Assembly: GCA_026770705.1 (NCBI GenBank)
Contig: JANJGN010000034.1
Coordinates: 7,068,001 to 7,132,000, forward strand
Source of the DNA: Isurus oxyrinchus
Taxonomy: Eukaryota
Direction of reading: 5' to 3'
DNA: 64,000 bases
Shown: piece after piece, positions 13,201-25,200 of the stretch
Layout: each line of letters begins with the position of its first letter
Numbering within the stretch: the first letter of the stretch is position 1
Program-made: the position numbers and the translations under genes
Notes under the pieces: model-generated
What the model was told of the DNA's origin: nothing
Databases searched by the model: none
What the model saw: the letters and a program-made list of their open reading frames with translations, nothing else

Positions 13201-16200
13201 CTCTGCTTTTCATTAAAATGCAGTACAAAATGGCGGCCCAAATGAGACCTCGTATTTTCATGAATATGATACAAGGATCAGCTGAGGGAAATATTCTGCC
13301 ATTATTTATGGGTAGGATAAGTCAGTGATTCATGAGGATGTGAGCGGAAGTACATATGGTAATATGAGATGCATTATGTCGATGTATGGAACACGTGGAC
13401 GTACATAATCCACTTTGTCAAATAAATTGAACAGTACTGTAAAATCTGTATGGTAATTCGGTAGGATGGGGGGGCAGGAGGGAGAGGGGGAAGCGGTCTG
13501 ATATTGAAATAATGAAGAAACTGTCAATTCTCATTATTCCAGAGATTCTAACGTGCAAAGAGTCTTTAAAGGATTCAGGTGGGAAATATGTTTGTTATTT
13601 GATTAAAATACCCGCTGCACAAAATATTCCTACAATTCCTAGCCCACAGGTAGAATACGGAAATGCCGATCAGTAATTTTAAATATACAGATGTAAACTT
13701 TGCCTGCATCATTTAGTTACCCAGTAAAGAACGAGGCCAACCCTCCACCTTACCTGCTACTGCTATATCAAAGAGTTTTATCTCTCTCCATCTCTCTCTC
13801 TCTCTCTCTCTTATAAGCTGTGTTTCAGAAATCTTTTCATGCAACCTTCTAAACGCTTGTTTTACACAATACGGTGTTGCTTCCCACCTATCCCCTCGGC
13901 CCACCCTATGCTTTGTCTATGAATAACCATACATCTGTGTTTCTTTGTTGCTGGTTGTACTGGACTTGCAAACCTTTAATTGTTATTTAATTTCTTAAGA
14001 ATGATGGTCTGATAATATTGGGCGTCATTATCATAGGGTCTATTAACATTTTTGCCATCATCAGAAACATATCAGCTCCCCTCCACTGTCTATATAACTG
14101 CACGCCCTGGTACTGTCGATTAAATCTTCCCTGTGCTCCCAACACCATTTGTCAATAATTGCAAAGCATGGTGCGTCGAATTTGACTACATATCCTAAAG
14201 TGATGCATATTAAACAACAAACATGGAGAATCTGCAATGAATGTCAATATATTGGTTAGATACACATCTTCAGCGGCGAGTTCTCCGTCAATTATTGATC
14301 ACGACTAATGTTTGGCAAGGTTAGCTGAGCTGGTTGTCTGGCGGAGCGTGGAATGGAGGGCCATTGCAATAGGGTCAGTTTCACGCTACATCCAAGGATC
14401 ACTATTTACCACTATATGTAGCATGATCTACATTATTGTATTGTTGCAGAGGAATGCACGTAGCAGTATGCTTGACATAGCAACATTTTAAAAATGTACA
14501 TCCACCTGCAAACACGCGGCTTTGCATATAAAAAATGAACTGTTTTAATGATTCCACAATCTTCCCATTAACGTCTTGCCTTGACAGAAACAAAGCTGGA
14601 AGGCCAAGAAAAAGGTAGGCAGTTTAAGGGTTCACTGTTTTAAAAAGACAGAAATTAATGTGTTACGAATTTACCTAAGCATCTTTTGTTTCATGATTAA
14701 CTTCTCTGAAATAGAATTTAGCGTTATTAACGGGAAGAGCGGTTGCATTTGGTAATGGGCTCTATATGGAGAAAATGGTTCAGCTTGATGTCACAGCCAA
14801 AGCTGAGAGCCAGTTATGTTGGAGTTTAACACTAATCCAACCTGATACTCAGGAGGAAAGTATTCATCAACAAAACGACCAGAATTTGGAATTCGCTGCT
14901 GCGTCATCCTTTGTTAAACGGAATTTTACAACTTTTTTTTAAGTCCAAAGACAGTTATCCACCGAGATCCGACGAAAGTTCAAGCGACTTGATTATCCAG
15001 GAGTAAACTTCGTGTGGTCCATGAAAATTTCACTTCAGCATTGTCAACTCCAGAGTAATGACCCACGTGCATTGTTAAGCAAGTGTACCTTGTGTTTGCA
15101 TTCTGGTGTAAAGACTGTTACTACCACAAAACAACGATGCCTTCACTTGTAGACATGCTCAGTTTTTGGGTCATGACTTCATAAGGATACATGTTGAACT
15201 CTAAATATCCAGACTGTGTAACTTCAGTTGGTTTGCAGTCGTTTCAGGGGCCATGTGTGATTGAAACGAGTGACGATAACTAGTGCCCCCTTATAAGCAG
15301 GCAACATAAGCTTTGGGTCTATGCTGATGTGCGATCAGATTCGGCGAGTTGGCACTTAGTTTGGCTGTCAGGTATCAGGCTCACAATGCAGGTATTGTTC
15401 TCCAAGATTAGCAAGGACAGACGCACCAAAGGAGGGAAGAGGAAGCTCTTAAGGGATGTGCTGAAAAGCAACAAGAAAAAAATGAATTATTCATATCGGC
15501 ACCTCGGTGGACACCGTTTAGGGTTTAAACAAAATGGCACCAGGCACCACAGGAAGGACCCCAGTAATTTGAGTCCGATCAACTACAAAATGATTAGCAA
15601 AAACAGGAGGGGCCAAACGAAAACAGCATGACCCGAATTAATGATACAAGACCTGACGTCCAGCAAGGCAAGAAATGCCTTGGGTTCATGACGTCTACAG
15701 GTCTCGAATCTGCCTCTTCATCCAATTCAGGCTCATGGAAGACAATCGACCTCGCTAGTGAGGCGTAGCCAATAATAACAGTATCTGCAAGCGAGCAGTC
15801 ACGTGTCCCGATGTGGCCTCATGTTGCATGAACTCCAGTTTTCTTCAAACTGTTTCCGTGGAAACAATTTTGGTGTTTTCCTAATAAAGTCACTATATAC
15901 ATGCAAATTGTCCTCTCCTGTCAACAGTCTACTTTCAATCTCTAGCAGAAAGTTTCTGCTGCCAAATCTGAGGGAACAATTGCTCGCAGGATGATGACTT
16001 GGGGTTTCTTACAGTACAGTTAAGCATGAGGGAGAAAACCATGTTTCCCGAAGAGAAGCTAAACATTTGTAACATAATCAAATAATATGGCTTGTCATAG
16101 ATCGGTTACAGCAAATAAATAGGCCATCCAGTTCTTCGTGTCAGGGGCGTATCCCTGGGCCAGTATCTCCGCTGTTCTCATGCTCCAGACCTTCACCTGC

Positions 16201-19200
16201 AGTGCATGCAACTTCGTGCACTTCATAGGTCCCTGTTAAAAGCCACGATTGTCCCTTCGCCAATCTCATTCTTAGGTATTGCATTTTACATCGTAAATTT
16301 GAAAAGCCCCATCAATTCTTCTTCCAATCATCTTGTATCTGTGCACAACCGCACTAAATTCTTTATTCTTACAACCTCGAAGAAACAATCATCTCTGGAA
16401 ACATTCCCATGAATACACGCTCAACCCTCTCTAACGCCATCACTTGTCCCTATACTATGATGTCCAAAATATGATACAATTCCCTAGTTGAAGTCGAACT
16501 AGCGGTTCAACAGTTTTTCCATTAATTCCTTTCTTTGCTGCAATTCATCGATTTATGAAGCCGAAGATTTCATCCGGCTTAGTGACACCTGCCCTGCATC
16601 TTGCAACCATTTGTGCTCTTATACTCCCAAAGCCCCATAAGCAGCTACAATCCCCTTTGGAATGCTATCACAACTTGTTCATTACATCTTTCTACCAAAA
16701 TGTATCACTTCATGCCTCTCTCCACTAATTCCAACTGTAATAACTCCGCCCATTCCACCAGTACATCTGCGTCCAATTGACGTTTTTCACCATCTTGCTT
16801 GCAACTCATCGCCCTGTAAAATCTGAAAACTTTGAAGTTTTGCTTTGGACACTCAGGACTAGGTCCATGATGCATACCATGTAGATAGATTGGAAGGTGA
16901 AAACTGTGCAATTTTGTTGACACTTCAGTGTGGATTACCCATTTTATGAATTACAGAGCTAAGCGATTGTCAACAAGCTGTAAAAGATCTAGGTGAGCAA
17001 AATATTCTCGGTATCGCTTTAGAATACATGCCTTATTTTTTTGAACCATTAAGGAAATACATTCATTTTCGTTAAAAAGTGAAGTCATCAATTCAGGCAG
17101 ACGTTGTTTAGCAACAGGCCCACATTCGCTTCTGTTGATTTCAATAAAAAAAAATGCTGGGCAGGAAGCAAAAATGGCCGACCATCCAATCGTGGGCAGG
17201 ATAAATTTCCGATGCTCCTTGCATCATGATTATTGGCTCTTTTTCTCACAACGATACTGCCGGAATGATGACATACACGCTGACGGAATTATGACATTTT
17301 TTATCCTTATCAATTTGGCACCAATTGGCAAAGTTTTCTCAACAATAACGAAATTCCTTCCACTCGTGAAAAATGCTGTTTAATCCTACAGTTTTTGGTT
17401 TATTTATCATGTAATCCCGAACAGAGGAGAAACTGACTGCAAAAGAAAAAGGTACCTCATCTGACATAGTTTTCGTCAAAAAGCCAGAGATTGACAATGG
17501 CTGACTGATTCTTTAGATGATCTGTTTTGTTTTCGTATGAATGTTTTATTGTTTTTTTTTACTAAGCAGATTGCTAGAATTTACCCGAAGTGTTGGCAGC
17601 AGAAGAATAGTATAGATGGGCTGCATATTTTCGAGTTAGGAGGGCATATTTTCTAATGCTGTGTCATACAAAGTTGTAAGACAATAAATAACATGTCAAC
17701 TAATGAACAGAATAAAGAAATCCCTTAATGCTTCTTAAACAATTTATTGGTAACAACGAAGCACCTGCTAGCACCGTGAAGTTAGAAATAAAATGCTTGT
17801 GGTGTTTAAGAATGACAGGTTTGCTGATAGAATTTATGAAGGAGTTTTTGTGCCGCCGTGGTGGAGTCTCAAATTTTGGCCAGAAGCTCCACGTCCAAGT
17901 CTCACTTCCGGACTTGAAGGCTGTTGAAGCTGTTTTTCTAAGGTAGCCAGCTGTATTGGTTACGATCTTATAAAGCATTCCAATGCACCTGGCGGCAGGT
18001 GCTAAGAACGGGAGAGATGCTCGCCAGTCAGACAGCAGAAAGCAACGTCAAGTGACTGTCGTACTTTGCCAAGCATAATCGTGACCAAAACGAATGGCCA
18101 TCTATGATCACCAAAACCCTCTCAATGCAAGTAACCTGGAAAAGCAGGAACGAAATAATGTATGTGGTATGTTTCTCTGGTGGAGGATAGGCTTAGGCAT
18201 GGAACACTTGATTGGAAGAGTAGATATTTTCTGCTAATTTATATCGGTCGGACTACCCTCTCGGTAACGAATTCATTAGAATTTTTTTTTCTAAATGTAA
18301 CTCACTCCAAATTGGTAAGGAAAAATGACAAAACGCACTCTATATTTGCTCAGTGGCGTTCCTAGCCAGGTGGAGGAAAAGTGTATCGACTTTAATAATG
18401 TAATTGAGCAATCGCTCATGGCAAGAACTTGGCAAAGTCCTGCAATAAAAGAAAATCTGCAAAAGCTTTTGGTTTAAAGGGTGTGAAAGTTAATTTGCAA
18501 ACAAAAGCACGGTGCATTTTGCTAATTGAGACTTTCAGCGCTGTTAAAGATGGAATTATGCTATGTCCCATTTTTTAAGCATGTATAGTATGCTAGTAAA
18601 ATACACTAAAGCATGCCATGCAACTATTGGATGATCATCTCGGGGAGATTCAACGTGATGTTTCTGTGTGTTCCTGCCCAAACTGTACTCAAGTAAGGTG
18701 AGTGATGCCAGCCTCACGCTTATTGCTACTGCAACCTTAGAACTCTGCTTTTCATTAAAATGCAGTACAAAATGGTGGCGCAAATTAGACCTCGTATTTT
18801 CATGAATATGATATAAGGACAGGCTGAGGGAAATATTCTGCCATTATTTATGTGTACGATAAGTCGGCGCATCAGGAGGAAGTGAGCGGAAGTACATATG
18901 GTAATATGAGATGCACCATGCCGTAGAATGGAGCGTGTGGAAGGACATAATCCACTTTGTCAAATACCTTGACCAGTACTGTAAATTCTGTATAGTATGT
19001 CGGGAGGATGGGGGGCGGTGGGGGGGGGGGGGGCTGTTGTTCGGGAGGTGGGGGGGGAGGAGAGGGGAAACGTGCTGAAATTGAAATAATGATGTAAATC
19101 TCACATCTCACTGTTCTAGAGATTCTAACGTGCCAAGAGTCTTTAAAGGATTCAGGTGAGAAATATATTTGGTATTTGTGTACAATACACGCTGCACAAA

Positions 19201-22200
19201 ATATTCCTGCAATGCCTAGCCCACCGATCAAATACAGAAATGCTAAGCAGTAATTGAAATGTACATATGTAAACTGTGCCTCCATCATATAGTTACCAAG
19301 CAAAAAATAGGCCTATCCTCCACCTTGCCTTTTACTGCTATATGAAAGAGTTTTATTTCACTCCATCTCTCTTTCTCTCCCTCTCTCATTATCTGCGTTC
19401 CAGAATTTTTTTCACACAGCCTTGCACATGCTTCTTCTGCACAATAAGGTGTTGCTCCCACCCAAACCCCTCCGCCCCTCCCAATGATTTGTCTATGAAT
19501 AACCTTATAACTTTGTTTCTTTGTTGCTGGTCGCAATGGACGTGGGAACCTTTTATTGTTATTTAATTTCTTAAGAATGATGGTCTCATTATAAAGGGAG
19601 TCATTATCATAGGGTCCATTAACATTTTTGCCATGATCAGAAAAATCTCCGCTCCCCTCTGCTGTCTATATAAATGACGCCCGTAGTAATGTCGATTAAA
19701 TCTTCCCTGTGCTCCCAACACGATTTGTGAATCTTTGCAAATTTGAATAAAATATCCAAAAGAGAGGCATATTAAACAACAATCGTGGAGAAGCTGCATT
19801 GATTGCCGACGTATTCGTTAGATAAACATCTTCAGCAGTGAGTTCTCCGTCAATTATTGATCACGACTAATGTGCGGCACTGTTAGGTGAGCTGGTTGCT
19901 GGCTGGTCGTGGAATGGAGCGCTGTTGCGATTGGGTCAGTTCGACGCTACAGTCCAGGATCATTATTTACCTCAACATGTAGCATCATCTACGTTATTTT
20001 TTGGGAGGTATGCACACAGCAGTATGCCAGACATAGCGACATGTTAAAAATGTAAATCCACCTGCAAACATGTGGCTTTTCATATATAAAATCAATGATT
20101 CCACAATCTTCCTGTTAACGTCATGCCTTGACAGAAACAAAGCTGGAAGGACAAGAAAAAGGTAGGCAGTTTAAGCGTTCCCTGTTATAAAAAGACAGAA
20201 ATTAACGTGTTAGGAACATACCCATGCATCCTTTGTTTCATGAGTAACTTCACTGAAAATCCGGAAGTTGATGTCACAGTTTACAAGGATATGAGTCACT
20301 GTGGTAATGCCTCAAAAATGAATTATTAAGTGACATGTAATATGGAGTTTCTCCAATTTAGTGAACAATGTGAAATCATACCAACGGGAAAATTATCAGT
20401 CATATCGGCCTTCAGAGGGCTGAACAAGCAAAGGAAACAGTTAAATATTTTTCAGTGAAAATTAAGTGACCATTTCTTTTCTATTGACTTCCCAGAGCTA
20501 AACGATTGTCAAGATATTCTGAAAAATTTCGGTGAATAACGCACTGTAATTGCATAATTACATTTCTATCTATCCACTTGTAGTAGAGTCAGCAATGCTT
20601 CAAAGAACATGCGAAATTTCCGAGTGAAATACAAATGCCTAAGTATGCGTTTTTGAGATAGTGAATGTTTTGTTAGCAAAACATATGCGGAAATGTATGA
20701 GGCACCATGGGGAATGGGATCATTAGTTCCTTGCCACTACACTCTAGCAAGTAATTAGCTCATGCTTTGATAAGATTTTCACTGATATAAATCCTGCTCT
20801 GGCAGAAATGCCTCTAGGGCAAGAGCACAAAATGTAAAACAGCCGAAGGTACACTCTGTGACAGAAAAGGAGGCAGGAAGAGGGTGGAAAATTCAGGCTA
20901 GGTAGCCCATCGTATGTCACTGGAAAATGCTGGAATCCATTATTAAGTAACTAGTAGCAGCGTATCGAGAACATTACAATCCATTCAAGTGGAAGCACCA
21001 TTTTGTTCTCTCAAAAGGAAATCGTGTTTAATAAATCAATTAGTGTTCTTGTCGTATGTAACAAGCGGGGTTTGCAAATGGAATCCAGTATCGTCCTTGC
21101 CAAAAAAACACATCCATTAAGGTGCCATATGAAATGTAACAATAAATAATAAGATTTTATGGTGCTGTGCATAATGTAATACCACGATCAGGAGATTGGT
21201 AACCTAACAGGAAACAGAGAATCTGGATCAACGTATCATTTTCTGATTGGAAAATTTTAACTGGTGGGATCAATAATAGACCTTCAGCTATTAACAATAT
21301 ATATTAAACTTTGGAAAGAAGAGGTCGAGTGCATTGTTCCCAAAGTTGCTGGCGTTTGCAAAGGTGGGAAAGGAATCAATTTGCGGAGACTGCACTTCTG
21401 GTCTGAAAAACATTGAAGATAGTTTAAGTGAATAATCATAAAGAATAGCAGATGGAACGTGATGTGGGAAAATGTGCGTTTGTACAGGAGGAAAACAGGA
21501 GCAGATTGTTAATGATTGGAAAAAAAATATCAGAATACAGCATGCTGAAAGATTGGTGTATCCTTGTATATGAATCACAAATGAATATAGCATGAATGTA
21601 AAGCACGAAGTTTGGCAGGAAAGCAGATTTTGGGCTTTAATGTACAGGAGAGGGCGCTTCAGAAAAGGCAATTATTTTTCCCAATACCAAGGGTGAGACC
21701 TCATTTGGAGTATTGCAAACGGCTACCATTCCTTTATTTGATGGGCGAATGAGGTGGGGGTGGGGGGGGTAGGGTGAGGAGTTGTTGAACATGCATGCAT
21801 TGGAGGCACTTAGTGAATGTCCAATCGGTTGACTTAGAGGATTTACTCTGACCAGTAAAGTTTGAGAAGATGGCTCCTACATTCATTTTGGCTTAGCAGA
21901 AATAATGGTCATCTTACTGAAGCATATATGATTCTGACAGGACAAATGCGAGTATATCTGATCCTCTTGAAGGGGAATCAAAAGGTAGCAGACGCAGTTT
22001 CAAAATAAGGCATCTTCCTGTTAAGACAGAGTTTTCCCTTCACTGAATCGTTAATATTGCAAGTCACTAAAGCAGTGGACAGTGTAGTCTGTGTCATCGA
22101 ATATTTTATAAGACTTCATCTTAACCTACGGCACAATTAATTCTTATGGGGTTGATAATGATGTAAAAACAGAAAAGAACTGCTGAGGTTTGGAATCAGA

Positions 22201-25200
22201 AATGAAACAGATAATGCTGGTAAAACATAGCCGGTCTGGCATCATCTGTGGAGAGAAAAAGGGGAATTAACTTTTCGAGTCCATATGCCTCTTCTTCACA
22301 GCTGGTTGTGGAGTTAATGCAGGGAAGTGGATTTAAGGCCCTACCAGATTAGTTATATTCTTTTGGAGTAGAGGGGAAGGTTAGAGGGGACAATTGGCCG
22401 ACTTCTGTTATCTTTTCTTATGTTTTGGCGTTGTTATGTGGCGACTTCACTATTTGTCCTTTCTCAAAACTGCACACAGCCAAAGTCTGTACCAGCTCCA
22501 TTGGATTGAGAATGATAAATATCTGGTTGTAATCACAAGGATCTCAGAGATTTACTCATTCATCCAGACTGCTGAACACAATGTTTTCTTTTGGGGAGAA
22601 AAGCACCGTAAATGAACGGTAAAGACCTTAAGCTTTACTCTCGTTTGGATATCAATAACCGGATCGACCAGTCAATCATCAGCATTCAAAGGAAGAGAGA
22701 GTTTTTAACTTTGCTACGGGATGTCTGATAGCGAATTGCGGATCGTTTTCTTTTATGCTCAGTGACATTCTACCTCCTGTAACTTTTCTATTGTTTATAT
22801 TTCCTTTACCGATTCACAGAAAATGTAAAGAAGGGTAAGTATGCGTAAGTTACAGAAAATCACCTTGTAAAGCAAGATAAATAAGTTGCCCTATAAATTC
22901 ATCCCTGGTTCAATGGGCCCAATACCCCGTCAAGTATGCTGTCTTATGTCGAAGATAGAGTTATTTCCCTTTTATTCACGTCCCTCTGTGACATCCCCCT
23001 TTCCCATCTGTGTAACCTTCCACAGCTCAAAATTCATTTTTAATCTACCTATTTTGCTTCCTTAGATTCTTGTTTAGTACTTTCCCAGTCCCCACCTCTA
23101 CACGTTTAAGACATTCTCTAAAACCTGTGCCTCCGAGTGATCAGCCTTGATACCTTTTATAATATTTCTCAACCTGTTCGTTGTGGTTCTGTTACTATTT
23201 GTTCCATATCGATGTATGTTTCTGCCTTCTTTGTCATTTTCTGTTCATTAAAAGTATATTAACCTCTTCAACCAAATCCGAAAAAGGCTCATATCGCATG
23301 AAGGTCCCCAGGAGACATTGGAGTGGAATGAACATGAGCCAGGATATGTTTTCTTCAAAAAGCGTACCTTTTTAAGAGAACCTGGAAGGCTGATAGGCTT
23401 AAATACTCATATTGTTTCTTTCTGCATTCCAGAGCTAGGAACCTGCCAAGATACCACGAAATATTTAGGTGAGCCAATCATTTTTGATTCCTGCTGAATT
23501 TCCCGACTGTTTGCTTTACTCTTAAATCAAGCAAAGCTCCAAATGTTTCCAAAGCACAATGGAGAAAGAACGATCCTGGAGCATTAATGCAGTTTTTTTA
23601 ATAGATGGTGAACTTTAAACCAATGACATGTTTGTTCTGTATGGGGAGCTGAACTGTCAGTCAAAATGTTTTCGTGCAAATCTCGGTCAGACAAATGGCA
23701 AGTGACTTTATGGCTTGTTCATTGTTCGCAATGATTCACGTAGATCATATCATGGATAAAACATTGCCTGCGTTGTAGCACCAGTTGCTGGCATTCAGTT
23801 GACAGACTGATATGGGTTCACGTGTATATTTAGCTGCATCACTACCATGGAAGTGAATATTTGGGGTGGGTATATAACCTTCCCTCTCTACGACAAAAAA
23901 CATTTTGCCTGGCGACCCAAATAGGAAATTCATTGTGTAGAGCGTGTTTACAGTGATTGATTTTACCCATGTGGTACCGAATCAGCACTCGCCATCACAT
24001 ACCGCCAATTTTAATTGTTGTTAGGTCCAAGGTTAAAAAAAGGACGTGGACCTTTTTGACGGAAAGTATGATAAAAAAAAGTACGGTTATATGACCTTAG
24101 GAATGCACAATCATTTATGTTATCTCCACGCTCCATGGTTTGCATTTCCCTCCAATTGTGCCACTGCGCAGTAAAGAGGAAAACTACACTATTCATTACT
24201 GTTTGAGCGATAGGATCGGTAGCAAGTTGCAAGCTAGCAGCGAATAAATGGCTGTTGTCAACTTTCCATGAGCTGTTCCATACAATTTTCACTGTGTTCC
24301 AGGTTCTAAAGGACAGCTTTGTTTGCCCTGCACTGTCGGCCACATGCAGAATAGCTTGACTTTCAGTGATAACATTTCCGCATTAGATCGTGGAAGCGTT
24401 CATTTTATTATTTATTTCTGATTTGTTTCACAGATAAATTAAGAAAAGGTAAGTGGAAATATGCTCTAGCACCTGACAGTCTAAATGGATGAAACGAAAG
24501 ATGAGAAAGTTGGATTCGCAGTGATGACATATTCCAATTTAAAGTAACTTTTAAATTGTCATTATTATATCTAAATCCCTCTGTGGGCTCGCCCTTCCAA
24601 AAATGCCATGAGAATCCTCCGGCCTTATATCTGGCTGCAAGTTTTTTTGTTCACACCACGCTGGTTTCGTTCGCATTACGCTGTTCCTTCACCTTACCAA
24701 TGGCATTTTATGGCTTCTGCAATATGTCCGAAGTCTCAGAAGCATGTTTGCTAACCTTTGCGCCTCAAAGTCTACTTCCACCTTTAATAATCACATATTT
24801 CCTGGGCAGTTTCCGTAGTCCACCCCTCGTCCTCACCCCGGAGTCTGGTCAATAATTTGAAGTTTTGTTCAAAACGTGGTGAAAAACATTGAGGTTCTTT
24901 ACGCCCTTTGGCACTTCGGTTATCGAGAAGGGCTGTTAGGAACATTAAAAATACCGAGCATACGATGCTCTGGCAAACATGTCCTCAGAACAAGCAAGGA
25001 AGTACATGGCATCGTCAACAACACAATGGCTCTTCTGGCGAACAAAGGCTGCAGCAGAAACAAACCTCCAATCATTTTAGTTTTCTGTCATTGTACCAAG
25101 GTTTCGTTCTCTAAAATCACGTGTAGACGTTGGTGTGCAACGGTCTCTCCATCCTAAAATTTCGCCCGAATGGGCATCTTTCTTTCCGAGCCCATCTACC

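Larger units (their letters stand above)
3950..20258. repeat. Three tandem copies of the ~5.6 kb ABCD unit (third copy 3'-truncated)
   Basis: Exon A at 5726/11410/16957 (spacing 5684, 5547); flanks colinear. Confidence 0.95.

Noticed and set aside
18872-19303. 143-aa minus-strand ORF with hydrophobic stretch and poly-Pro
   Set aside because: Poly-Pro is the antisense reading of the expanded G tract; the ORF is broken in the other copies and overlaps exon C antisense.
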